A stretch of DNA of 64,000 bases from positions 7,998,001 through 8,062,000 of the forward strand of contig NC_086097.1 of the NCBI RefSeq assembly GCF_963921235.1, given 5' to 3'. The notes below the pieces were generated by a model. It worked only from the letters and a program-made list of their open reading frames with translations. It did no database searches and had not been told where the DNA came from. The position numbers and the translations under genes were made by a program. This DNA is from Mobula hypostoma. Taxonomy: Eukaryota. Of this stretch, positions 49,957-62,066 are shown in pieces (position 1 is the first letter of the stretch; every line of letters begins with the position of its first letter).

Positions 49957-50633
49957 GGATCCGAGTCCATAGGACACTCAAAGCTGCTGCGCAGGTTGAC
50001 TCTGTGGTTAAGAAGGCAAATGGTGCATTGGCCTTAGTTTAGTAGCAGAGAGGTAATGTTGCAGCTATATAAGACCCTGGTCAGACCCCACTTGGAGTAC
50101 TGTGCTCAGTTCTGGTCGCCTCACTATAGGACGGATGTGAAAACCATAGAAAGGGTGCAGAAGAGATTTAAAAGGATGTTGCCTGGATTGGGGAGCATGC
50201 CTTATGAGAATAGATTTAGTGAACTTGGCTTTTTCTCCTTGGAGTGATGGAGGATGAGAGGTGACCTGACAGAAGTGTACAAGATGATGAGAGGTTTTGA
50301 TCGTCTGGATAGTCAGAAGCTTTTTCCCAGAGCTGAAATGGCTAACACGAGAGGGCACAGTTTTAAGGTGTTTGGAAGTAGGTACAGAGGTGATGTCAGG
50401 GTTAAGTTTTTTACGCAGACAGTGGTGAATGCGTGGAATGGGCTGCTGGCAACGGTGGTGGAGGCGGATACGATAGGGTATTTTAAGAGACTCCTGGACA
50501 GGTACATGGAGCTTAGAAAAATAGCGGGCTATGGGTAACCCTAGGTAATTTCTAAGGTAAGGACATGTTCGGCACAGCTCTGTGGGCCGAAGGGCCCGTA
50601 TTGTGCTGTAGGTTTTCTATGTTTCTGTTTCTA
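49957..50633 (+). mobile_element. CR1 LINE 3' part inserted in a Penelope pLTR (49900-49956, 50634-50715)
   Basis: LYKTLVRPHLEYCAQFWSP..MRGDLTEVYK. ATACTG on both sides as a possible TSD. The pLTR block resumes after the tail. Confidence 0.9.
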
Positions 50634-51349
50634 TACTGCATGACCTGCAGAGTTCCTCCAGCACTTTGTGTGTGTTGCTCTGATTTCCAGCATCTGCAGA
50701 CTTTCTTGTGTTTATGAGACTCCTATAAATTCCACAAGTAATTAAATACTGCAGTAAAAAGTAATCATGAGGAAGTGTTCATGGACCGTTCAGAAATATG
50801 ATGTTGGAGGGGAAGAAGCTGTTCCTAAAACATTGAGTGTGCATCTTCAGGCTATAGCACCTCCTCCCTGATAGAAGAGGACCTGTCTTGGATGGTACGG
50901 TCCTTACTGATACTGGATAGGCAAAAGCTATGTTAAGGTGAATAAAACTCAAAAGTACTCAAACCAATTTCTCAGTTGATCCAGAAATTCACCAAAGAAA
51001 TGTACACAATTAAAGTCAATTTCCAGTTTCATCTGCCTGACATCAAGAAATAAAGTTCTAAATTATCATTCTTCTTTACAAATGTGTTTGTTGAGGAAGC
51101 TACATACATGTAAGAAATATGAACATATGTGCATATAAATGAACTTGACTGGCTGCATCATGCCTAGAATGGAAACACCAGGGCCTTTAATTGGAAATGT
51201 CTACAAAAAAAGTAGTGGATACAAACCAGTCTATCATGGGTAGAGCCCTCCCATCCATTGAGCACATCTACATGGAGTTCTGTCGCAAGAAAGCTGCATC
51301 TATCATCAAAATTATGATGGCATAAATAGTGATTTCTCCTTCCGGTAAA

Positions 51350-51680
51350 ATAAAATTCTCTCTCTCTGCTTCTATTCTCTGCTTGAGCATCTTAACTCTT
51401 CTCACTTGCCTATCACATCCCCCTGGATTCCCTCCTCATTTCCTTTCTCCTATGGTCCACTTTCCTCTCCTATCAGACTCTTTCTTCTTCAGTCCTTTAC
51501 CTTTCCCACCCATCTGGCTTCACCTATCACCTTTGAGCTAGTCCTCCTTCTTTTTCCCCCATCTTTTTATTCTGGCATCTTCCCTCTGTCTTTTCAGTCC
51601 TGAAGAGGGGTCTCGGCCCGAAATGTCAACTGTTTATTCAGTCCCATAGATGCTGCCTGACCTGCAGTGTTTTGTGTATA
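51350..51680 (+). mobile_element. Penelope-like pLTR copy with near-intact hammerhead core
   Basis: CAGTC CTGAAGA G GGGT-CTCG-GCCC GAAA TGTC AACTG at 51595-51632. Confidence 0.75.
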
Positions 51681-54034
51681 TCATCTATCATCAAGGACTA
51701 CCCGCTACCCAGGCCATGCTCTCTTATCACTGCTGCCACCCAGATGGAGGTACGGGAGCCTCAGGACCAACACCACCAGGTTCAGGAACAGTTATTACCC
51801 CTCAACCATCAGGCTTTTGAACCAGAGGGGATAACTTCACTTAAGTTCATTTACTCCAACACCAAGCTGTTCCCACACCTATGGACTCACTTTCAAAGAC
51901 ACTTCATCTCATGCTCCTGATGCTTATTGTTTGTTTATTATCATTATTTTATTATTATTATTATTATTATTATTAATTTCTTTATGTTTACTGTGATTGC
52001 CTCCAAGAAAATGAATATCAGGGTTGCATATGGTGACATATATGTACTTTGATAATAAATTCACTTTCAACTTTGAAATGTGCATTACTGTAAGGAATGT
52101 CAGGGATCTCAGAAAGGGACAAATTACAGTGAAGAGATTCGATATGGTGGTTTAAATGTCTGAAAGCCCATACAATACAGGGACTTTCAAGTGCATATGC
52201 TTGAATTTTCTTTTATTAATATTGTCCCTTGTCAATTATTTCATCTTTCTGGGCATAAACAGTTAAAGTGCTCTGCTGCATCTGTTAGCCAAGACTATGC
52301 AGATAAAGTAATTATTAAACTCACATTCCTCCAGAAATATCACTTTGGAAATGCTCAGGGTAAGTCAAACAATATGCACTAATTCTTATAATGGATAATG
52401 TGGTGTGATTACTTGGTCTTTCAGTAGTAGCATATGTTTTCTTCTTTGCCATGTGTTTTTTTTTGAGTATTTTCCCAGCAGGAGGTAGAAAGACGGTAGC
52501 TAGATGTCAGAATTGGCTGTCAGTGCAATTGTCTGTGACTGCACGGCAAGCTGCCTGGACCTGTATCCTTGGTAACGCATCAGTGATCATGGGCTAGCAT
52601 TGATAGGTAGCACTGGTCTGAGAAAGATTCTCATCAGCCAAGATAACCCTCACCAGACTCTTGGACGACCCAGTTCCTCGCCGATTTCAGCAACTGAAGT
52701 GAAACCCTGAGACAGCAGGCAGTGTGTGCTGCTGTTAGAAGAAGGCACCTGAACTCCAGTGATCCCTATCTCTCGCTCTCTCTCGCTTTTGATGGAGACT
52801 GAGAGCCTGTCGGTCCCTGAGACAGTGGGGGGTGGGTGAGGAGAAGCAATGCAGACCATTGCAACATCAGAACAGCAAGTTGGGGGTCTCACGCTCGTTG
52901 TTGCAGGAGTGACCTGTCTCTCCCTCGCTGTCTGAGACACCAAAGTGCTGGGTTATAGATTGTAGTTTTGATGGACTCTGGATCAAGATCTCTGTGGGGG
53001 TCTTTTGCTGTTGCTTGCGTGGTGGGGAGGTGGGGGCTTCAGTACTTCTGCTGGCACAAGTGGTGGGAAGGGAGGGATCAATCCTTTTGCAGCTCCTTGT
53101 GCCAAGGGAAGGGAGCTTTAAGAGCTCAATGTTCCTATCATTCATTCTATGGGGTTCTGGTTTCGTGGATGTTTGTGAAGAGCAAGAATTTCAGGTTGTA
53201 TTCTGTAGAAATTCTCTGATACTAAAATGAAGCTCATGAACCACGTAACTTTTGTAGAGGAGCTTTGTGTAATTACAAATGATCAATATAAAAAGCACAT
53301 ACAGCCCAACACGGAGAGAAAGTAAAATCTCTTTACAGACAGAAGTGGGAAGCAAACCCCAATTTTACAGCTGACACACTGTGAGGGGTTGCACTAACTA
53401 CTGTGTTATTGTGCTGCTTTCTCTTTTCACAGGTTCCACAGCTCCTTATAGATGTGCTCAATGGAGGCCTTGACTGTGATGAACTGGGTTGCGTCCACCA
53501 CATTCTGTAGGCTTTTCCATTCTTGGTGTTTCCATCCCAGGCTGTGATGTAACCAGTCAGGATACTCTCCACTGTGCTTCGAAAGAAGTCTCTCAAAGTT
53601 TCAGATAGCATGCTGAATCTGCACAGACTTTGACAAGTACGATTCACCACGCTGTAGAATGACCAATGCTGAATGTTTACAATGATGCACCTGCATTTCT
53701 TATTTAATTTAACACAGATTAAATATCACAACGTCGCTGCATACACAGTTCTATCAAACCTTCTCTGACGGTGACTTTAACAGGAAGGAAAACCAAATTC
53801 AAATTTCACCCCAAAATGATCATACCAATTTGGAATTTAGGTATTTATTCCCTCGAAGGTAGAACAAAGAGGGGTGATTGGGTGAGATTATAACTGAAGG
53901 TCATGGGTTAAGGGTGAAAGTTGAAATGCTTGAGGGGAAGCTAAGGGAGAGGTTCTTCGCTCAGAGAGTGGTGAGAGTGTGGAAGGAACTGCCAGCAGAT
54001 GTCGGGATGCAAGTTTGAATTCAACATTTCTACT

Positions 54035-54240
54035 GCATGGTACTGTAGTGGTTAGCATAACTCTTTACAGTACAGGCGATCTTGTTTCAATTCCCACCAC
54101 TGCTGTAAGGAGTTTGTACATTCTCCCTGTCACTATTTGTGTTCCCTCTGGGTGCTGCATTTTCCTGCCACAGTCAAATGACTTGTCGGATAGTAGGTTA
54201 ATTTGTCATTGAAAAAATGTCCCATGATAAATTGTCCCGT
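54035..54240 (+). mobile_element. V-SINE, 3'-truncated
   Basis: tRNA-like head and V-domain as in the other copies. Confidence 0.65.
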
Positions 54241-54261
54241 TGCTGTCCCTGAGCCATGCAA

Positions 54262-57242
54262 ATCCCATGAGACTTGGATGGCTCAGAGGCAGGAATGGTT
54301 ATTTAGAGTGCCAGGCTTTAGTTGTTTCAGAAAAGACAGGGAGGGAGGCAAAAGAGGTGGAGGCATGGCAATGTTGATCAGAGTTAGTGTCACGGCTGCA
54401 GAAACGGAGGAAGTCATGGAGGGATTGTCTACGGAGTCTCTGTCGGTGGAAGTTAGAAACAGGAAGGGGTCAATAACTCGACTGGGTATTTTTTATATAG
54501 CCACCCTATAGTAACAGGGACATCAAGGAGCAGATAGAGAGACAGATTCTGGAAAGGTGTAATAATAGCAGGGTTGTTGTGGTGGGAGATACTAATTTCC
54601 CAAATATTGACTGGCATTTCGTCAGATCAAGGGGGCTTAAATGGGGTGAAGTTTGTTAGGTGTGTTCAGGAAAGTTTCCTGTCACAATATGTAGATAAGT
54701 GTACAAAGAGGAGAGGCTGTACTTGATCTGGTATTGGGAAATGAGCCTGGTCAGGAGTCAGGCCTCTCAGTGGGAGAGCATTTTGGAGATAGTGATCACA
54801 ATTCTATCTCCTTTACCAGAGCATTGGAGGGGGATAGGAAAAGACAAGTTAGGAAAGCATTTAATTGGAGTAAGGGGAAATATGAAGCTATCAGGCAGGA
54901 ACTTGGAAGCATAAATTGGGAACAGACGTTCTCAGGGAAATGTACGGCAGAAATGTGGCAAATGCTCAGAGGATATTTGCATGGTGTTCTGCATAGGTAC
55001 GGTAAGGATGGTAGGTTACAGGAACCGTGGTGTACAAAGGCTGTTGTAAATCTACTCAAGAAGAAAAGAAAAGCTTACGAAAGGTTCAAAAAACTAGGTA
55101 ATGATAGAGATCTAGAAGATTATAAGACTAGCAGGAAGGAGCTTAAGAATGAAATCAGGAGAGCCAGAAGGGGTCATGAGAAGGCCTTGGCGGACAGGAT
55201 TAAGGAAAACCCCAAGGCATTCTACAAGTATGTGAAGAGCAAGAGGATAAGACGTGAAAGAATAGGACCAATCAAGTGTGACAGTGGAAAAGTGTGTATG
55301 AATCAGAGGTGTCAGCACAAGTACTTAATGAAAACTATGCTTCACTATTCACTAGGGAAATGGATCTTGGTGATTGTAGGAACACACATCAAAGTTGCTG
55401 GTGAACGTAGCAGGCCAGACAGCATCTCTAGGAAGAGGTACGTCGATGTTTCGGGCTGAGACCCTTCGTCAGGACCTGAAACGTCAACTGTACCTCTTCC
55501 TAGAGATGCTGCCTGACCTGCTGCGTCCATCAGCAACTTTGAAGTGTTTTGCTTGAATTTCCAGCATCTGCAGAATTCCTCGTGTTGGCGATTGTAGGTA
55601 TGACACAGCGGATTGAAAAGATTGAGCATACAGACATTAAGAAAGTGAATGTGCTGGAGCTTCTGGAAAACATCAAGTTGGATAAGTCTCTGGGACTGGA
55701 TGAGGTGTTCCCCAGGCTACTGTGGGAGGCGAGAAAGGAGATTGCTGAGTCTCTGGAAATGATCTGTGCATTGTCAGTGGGGATGGGAGAGGCTCCAGAG
55801 GATTGGAGGGTTGCAGATGTTGTTCCCTTATTCAAGTAAGGGAATAGGGATAGCCCAGGAAATTATAGTCCCATAAGTCTTACTTCAGTGATTGGTAAGT
55901 TGATGGAAATGATCCTGAGAGACAGAATTTATGAACATTTGGAGAAGCATAATATAATTAGGAATAGTCAGCATGGCTATGTCAAAGGCAGGTCGTGCCT
56001 TACACGCCTGACTGAAGTTTTTGAGGATGTGACTAAACACGTTGATGAAGATAGAGCAGTGGATATAGTGCATATGGATTTCAGCAAGGCATTTAATAAG
56101 GTACACCATGCAAGGCTTATGAGAAAGTAACGAGGCATGGGATCCAAGGGGACATTGCTTTGTGGACCCAGAACTGACTTGCCCACAGAAGGCAAAGAGT
56201 GGTTGTAGACGGGTCATATTCTGCATGGAGGTTGGTGACCAGTGGTGTGCCTCGGATCTGTTCTGGGACCCCTACTCTTCGTGATTTTTATAAATATCCT
56301 GGATGAGGAAGTGGAGGGATGTGTTAGTAAATTTGTTGATGACACAAAGGTTGAAGGTGTTGTGGATAGTGTGGAGGGCTGTCAAAGGTTACAGCGGGAC
56401 ACCGGTAGGATGCAAAACTGGGCCGAGAAGTGGCAGATGGCGTTCAACCTAGATAAGTGTGAGGTGGTTCATTTTGGTAGGGAAAATATGATGGCATAAA
56501 TATGGTATTAATGGTAAGACTCTTGGCAGTGTGGAGGATCAGAGGGATCTTGCGGTCCGAGTCCATAGGACACTCAAAGCTACTGCTCAGGTTGTCTCTG
56601 TGGTTAAGAAGGCATAGAGTGCATTGGCCTTCATCAACTGTGGGATTGAGTGTAAGTGTTGAGAGGTAATGTTACAGCTACATAGGACCCTGGTCAGACC
56701 CCACTTGGGGTACTGTGCTCAGTTCCGGTCACTTCACTAAAGGAAGGATGTGGAAACTACAGAAAGGGTGCAGAGGAGATTTACAAGAATATTGCCTGGA
56801 TTGGGGAGCATGCCTTATGAGAATAGATTTAGTGAACTCGGCTTTTTCTCCTTGGAGTGATGGAGGATGAGAGGTGACCTGACAGAAGTGTACAAGATGA
56901 TGAGAGGTTTTGATCGTCTGGATAGTCAGAAGCTTTTTGCCAGGGCTGGAATGGCTAACACGAGAGGGTACAGTTTTAAGGTGCTTGGAAGTAGGTACAG
57001 AGAAGATGTCAGGGGTAAGTTTTTTTATGCAGAAAGTGGTGAGTGTGTGGAATAGGCTGCCGGAGACGGTGGTGGGGGCGGATAGATAGGGTCTTTTAAG
57101 AGACTCCTGAATAGGTACATGGAGTTTAGAAAAATAGAGGGCTATGGGTAACCCTAGGTAATGTCTAAAGTAAGCATGTGTTTGGCACAGTGTTGTGGGC
57201 CGAAGTGCCTATACTGTGCTGTAGATTTTCTATGTTTCTTTC
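54262..57242 (+). mobile_element. CR1 LINE with almost complete but disrupted ORF2 (APE + RT)
   Basis: ETW..FRKDR..RGGG, VGD.NFPNIDW, LDLV..GDSDH, PKAFYKYVK, DWRVADVVPLFK, MDFSKAF, FVDDTK. Many stops and frameshifts. Confidence 0.95.
55381..55589. mobile_element. Penelope-like pLTR fold-back insertion in CR1
   Basis: Antisense arm 55381-55475 and sense arm 55475-55589. TSD GATTGTAGG (55372-55380 / 55590-55598). Confidence 0.9.
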
Positions 57243-57514
57243 TTTTCTATTAGGATAGTGTTAAATTGGGGGTTACTGGGCAACACAGCTCAAAGGTCAG
57301 GAGTATGGCCCAGGTGCAGGTTGATGGGTCTTGGCAGTTTAGTTCAGCACAGATTAGATGGGCCAAAGGGTCTGTTTCTGAGCTGTAGTGTTCTATGACT
57401 CCGTGACCCTTGGGCAGACCACTCACTGAATCCATTCCATTACCTTCCACATATCATCAATAGGAAAGGCAAAAACAGACTAACAGGTGCTCCCATTTGC
57501 TCTCCTTGAGTCAT

Positions 57515-57945
57515 AACCTCTCATCAGTGACTTTACTGTGGAAGACACCAGCAGGACAGCAGAAGTTCCAGGTGCCAGGGGGCATGACGTGTGTGAAGTT
57601 AACGTAATTAGAGAGAAGGTTTTTCTGAAATTGTATGGTCTGAAGTTAGATATGTTACCAGGACCAGATTGTGTACACTTCAGAGTTCTGAAAGAAGTGG
57701 TTGAAGAGATCATGGACGCATTAATAATGATCTTTTAAGAATCACTAGATTCTGGAATCGTTCCAGAAGACTGGAAAATTGAAGATCTCGCTCCACTCTT
57801 CAAGAAGGGAGAGTGCAGAAGAAAGGAAGCCATAGGTCAATTAGTCTGACCTCAGTGGTTGATTATTAAGGGTGAGGTCTCAGGGTACTTGCAGGCAAAT
57901 GATAAAATAGGCCATCGTCAGCATGGTTTTATCACGGGAAAGCTG
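57515..57945 (+). mobile_element. CR1 RT N-terminal fragment
   Basis: PGPDCVHFRVLKEV.EEI.DAL..IF...G.VPEDWK...PLFKKG. Confidence 0.8.
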
Positions 57946-57947
57946 GA

Positions 57948-59045
57948 GATGGTATTTGATCTATGCCTAGCCACACAGTCATGGGTGTAGAGAGAGTAGA
58001 GCAGTGGGCTAAGTACACATTCCTGAGGTGCATCAGTGTTGATCATCAGCGAGGAGGAGATGTTATCACCAATCCGCACAGATTGTGATCTTTTGGTTAG
58101 GAAGTCAAAGATCCAATTGCAGAAGGAGGTATAGAGGCCCAGGTTCTGTAACTTCTCAATCAGGATTGTGGGAATGATGGTGTAAAATCCTGAGCTATAG
58201 TCAATGAATAGCATCCTGGCATTATTGTCTGTACTGTCCAGGTGGTCTAAGGCCGAGTGAAGAGCCATTGAGATTATCTCTGCCATTGACCTATTGTGAT
58301 GATAGGCAAATTGCAATGGGTCCAGGTCCTTGCTGATGCAGGAGTTCAGTCTAGTCATGACCCACCTCTCAAAGCATTTCATCACTGTAGTGCTACTGGG
58401 CGACAGTCATTAAGGCAGCTCACATTACTCCTCTTAGGCACTAGTATAATTGTTGCCTTTTTAAAGAAAGTGGGAACTTCCACCTGTAGCAGTGAGAGGT
58501 TGAAAATGTCCTTGAATACTGCTTCCAGTTAGTTAGCACAAGTTTTCAGAGCCTTACGAGGGACTCCTTGGGGCCTTCCGCTTTGCGAGGGTTAACCCAC
58601 TTTAAGGACAGCCTAACATCGGCCTCTGAAACAGAGATCACAGGGTCATTGGGTGCAGCAGGGATCTTCACAACAATAGTTATATTCTTCCTTTCAAAGT
58701 GGGCATAGAAGGTGTTGAGTTCATCTGGTAGTGAAGCATCACTGCCATTTTCGCTTTGTAGGAAATAATGTCTTGCAAACCCTGCCAAAGTTGTCATACA
58801 GCCAATGTTGCCTCCAATCTTGTTCAAAATTGTCTCTTTGCTTTTGAAATAGTCTTCCACAAGTCATCCCTCGTTTTCTGGTACAGGCCCATGTCACTAG
58901 CCTGTTTGCCACAGATCTGGCCTTCAGCAGATGACGTACCTCCTGGTTCATCCACGGCTTTTGATTTGGGAATGTACAGCAAGTCTTTATATGCACACAC
59001 TCATCCACACAGGTTTTAATGAAGCTAGTAACAACTGTAGCATAA
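57948..59045 (-). mobile_element. Rex1/Babar LINE internal fragment
   Basis: FPNQKPWMN, LPDELNTFYAHFE, MKCFER..DPLQFAY..FIDYSSGF. Same subfamily as 42145-46321. Confidence 0.9.
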
Positions 59046-59057
59046 CAAATGACTCAT

Positions 59058-59512
59058 CATATGAAGAGTATTTGATGGCTCTGGACTTGTATTCACTAGA
59101 ATTCAGAAAAATGAGGGGAGACCTCATTGAAGCTTATTGATGTTGAAAGGCCTTGATAGAGTGGATGTGGAAAGGATGTTCCCTATGGTGGGAGAGTCTA
59201 AGACCAGACGACACAGCCTCAGAATAGGAAGGAGTCCTTTTAGAATGGAGTTGAGGAGGAATTTATTTAACCAGAGAGTGGTGAATCTGTGGAATTCTTT
59301 GCCACAGTCAGCTGTAAAGACCGAGTTATTATGTATATTTAAGGCAGAGGTTGATAGATTCTTGATTGGTCAGGGAATGATAGGATGTGGGGAGAAGCCA
59401 GGAGATTGGAGCTAAGAGAAAATTTGGATCAGCCATGATGAAATAGAGGAGCAGACACGATGGGCCAAATGGCCTGATTCAGCTCTTATATCTTATGGTC
59501 TTATGGTCTTAT
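59058..59512 (+). mobile_element. CR1 LINE 3' end
   Basis: LYSLEFRKMRGDLIEAY..LDRVDVERMFP..QRVVNLWNSLP. (TCTTATGG)n tail. Confidence 0.9.
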
Positions 59513-61845
59513 CAATAGATCGTGAACGAACAAAAATATTCTGCTATGGATTTTATTGACCCTCTAAGGACCCATCTGCAAATACAAACCAGAAGTGTTT
59601 AAAGGAAGAAGTGATTTCAAATGCAAAGCCTGTCCTCAATGGTCCTGCAAGCTTAGATCTTCAAACAGTGTTCTGCTTATTTAAATTTATTACTCCAGAC
59701 ATTTTTACAGAGCACATTTATCATGAAATTATTATATTCCCACACAAAGGTCTGTCATTTTAGACTCTCCTGTGACAGTGCATGGAAAACATATTCATGA
59801 TATGTCACCGTTCTGATTATAAGTCCTACTCTCTTTGCAGTAGTGATGGAACACACCTGTATAAATTGCCGGCTTTTATCTAGAAACATTTTGTCTTTTA
59901 TTTTTATGTTTGCACTTTATCCATTGTAAAACACTTTGAATTACATTGTCTGTATTAAAAGTGCTCTATAAATAAGTTATTATTGTAATTTTTATTTTTT
60001 CTCAGTTCAAGCTGGTAGAATATGAGGTATGGACATTACCAAGCACACTCATTTCTCAATTTCAAGGAAATCTCAGACTACTCTAGTGATGTTTAATATC
60101 ATAGCTTTCTGAAGATTTACATAAATATTGCTGTGTAGGCCCAATTGTTTAATGCTAATGTGTAGTGACTTTGGGATGATAACTGTTGTAGATACTACTC
60201 TCGGAACAATGTACACCCTGTTCATGTTCCACAGTCTTTCAATTTCCTCTTTTAATTCAGCATCAGTGTTTTTCACTTACTGATTTCTTTATGTTATGTC
60301 TGTCTGGAATGGCTATATCTATTAAGTTAATTGTTCTTGCTTGTTTATCCTGTATTTTTATATCTGGCTGGATATTATGAGTTGTTCTATTTGTAATAAT
60401 GGATTGCTCATAATACAACTTGCAGGACTCTGACTAAAACTGGTTCAGGCTTGTATTTAGAGTAAGGTATGGTGTCTTTTCTGAGTTTGCATTTTAAAGC
60501 AAGACTTGATTGTGCCTGTGTATGAAATCAGATTGAGCTAAACTGCGACACAGAGGCATAGTGCGCTTTTGCTTTTTTAAAGAAGGTACATATAATTTCA
60601 TTTCATCCATATATAGAGGGTGTGTTAAGGTATAATTAATTTGGTGGTCTCTGATCTGATACCCTATTTTCATCCAATTCAGTGAATTTGAGAGTGGATT
60701 CAAAGCTAGACAAAAACATAGTGGACTTAGAAAGTCACCCTAGAAAATGCTTCAGGTTATTTTGATAACATTGATAATTCTTTTTCAGTTGTCAATAGAC
60801 AGGGTGATTATAGTGTGCCAATGCTTCATCAGATGTTGAAGGAATTTCACAAGAGTTGGATGTAGTTTATGTATATTAAGAGCTTCTATTAACCATGAGT
60901 TTAGGACGGTCAAATGTTTTTTGGTGATCATTATAACAACATGAAAAAGATTTCTGCTTTTCCACCAGTTAGAATTATGGAATCAATTGTCAGTTGTTCT
61001 TTACATCCCTTCATACCTTTATAACATCCTTTCTGCTCTCCTGAAAATATATCGTGGGTATCGAAGTGAGTGGTGATTAGTTGCAAGATACATGATGTTA
61101 CAATTTTATACATGATTTGCAAATTGCAAACAAGGATGGTATTTTGATGGGCTCTTTGTGATTTCTCGTTCAGCTGAGAGATATGTTTTAACTTATGTCA
61201 AAATTCCAGGCACTGTTTCAGGATTGTTGATATTTATTAATAGAGTCGTAGAGTCATAGAACACAACCAACACAGAAAGAGGTCCTTCAGCCCGTCTAGT
61301 CCATGCTGAAATATTTAAACTGCTTACTCCCATCAACCTGCACTGGCACCGTAGCCCTCCATACCCTTGCCATCTATGTACCTATCCAAACTTCTCTTAA
61401 ACATTGAAATCAAGCTTGCATGTACCACTCGCACTGGCTCTCATTCCACAAGCCCATGACCCTATGAGTGAAGAAGTTTCCCCTCATGTTATCTTTAAAC
61501 TTTTCATCTTTCACTCTTAACCCATGACCTCAGGTTGTAGTCCCACCCAACGTCAGTGGAAAAAGCCTGCTTGCATTTACCCTATCTGTGTGCTTCACAA
61601 CTTTTGTATACCTCTATTAAATCTCCTCTCAATCTTCTATGTTCCAAGGAATGAAGTCCCAAACTAATCAATCTTTCTTTATAACTCAGGTCCTCTAATC
61701 CTTGTAAATTTTCTCTGTACTCTTTCAACCTTATTTTTCATATTTCCTGTAAGTAGGTAACCAAAACGGCAAACAATACTCCAAATTAGGCCTCATCAAT
61801 GTCTTATAAAATTTCAACATACCATTCCATCTCCTATACACAATA

Positions 61846-62066
61846 TCCCCTTTTGCCTATCACCTGTCCAGCTCTCGGCTCTATCCCTCCCCCTCCTGTC
61901 TTCTCCTATCATTTTGGATCTCCCCCTCCCCCTCAAACTTTCAAATCCCTTACTCACTCTTCCTTCAGTTAGTCCTGACGAAGGGTCTCGGCCTGAAACG
62001 TCGACTGCACCTCTTCCTATAGATGCTGCTTGGCCTGCTGCGTTCACCAGCAACTTTGATGTATGT
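61846..62066 (+). mobile_element. Penelope-like pLTR insertion in CR1
   Basis: 14-bp TSD TCCTATACACAATA (61832-61845) / TCCTGTACACAATA (62067-62080). Confidence 0.9.
61971..62007 (+). ncRNA. Minimal type I hammerhead ribozyme motif
   Basis: AGTC CTGACGA A GGGT-CTCG-GCCT GAAA CGTC^ GACTG, identical to 28046-28082. Confidence 0.8.

Noticed and set aside
54262..57242. Active CR1 ORF2
   Set aside because: Multiple stops, frameshifts and a pLTR insertion. ORF1 and the 5'UTR are absent.
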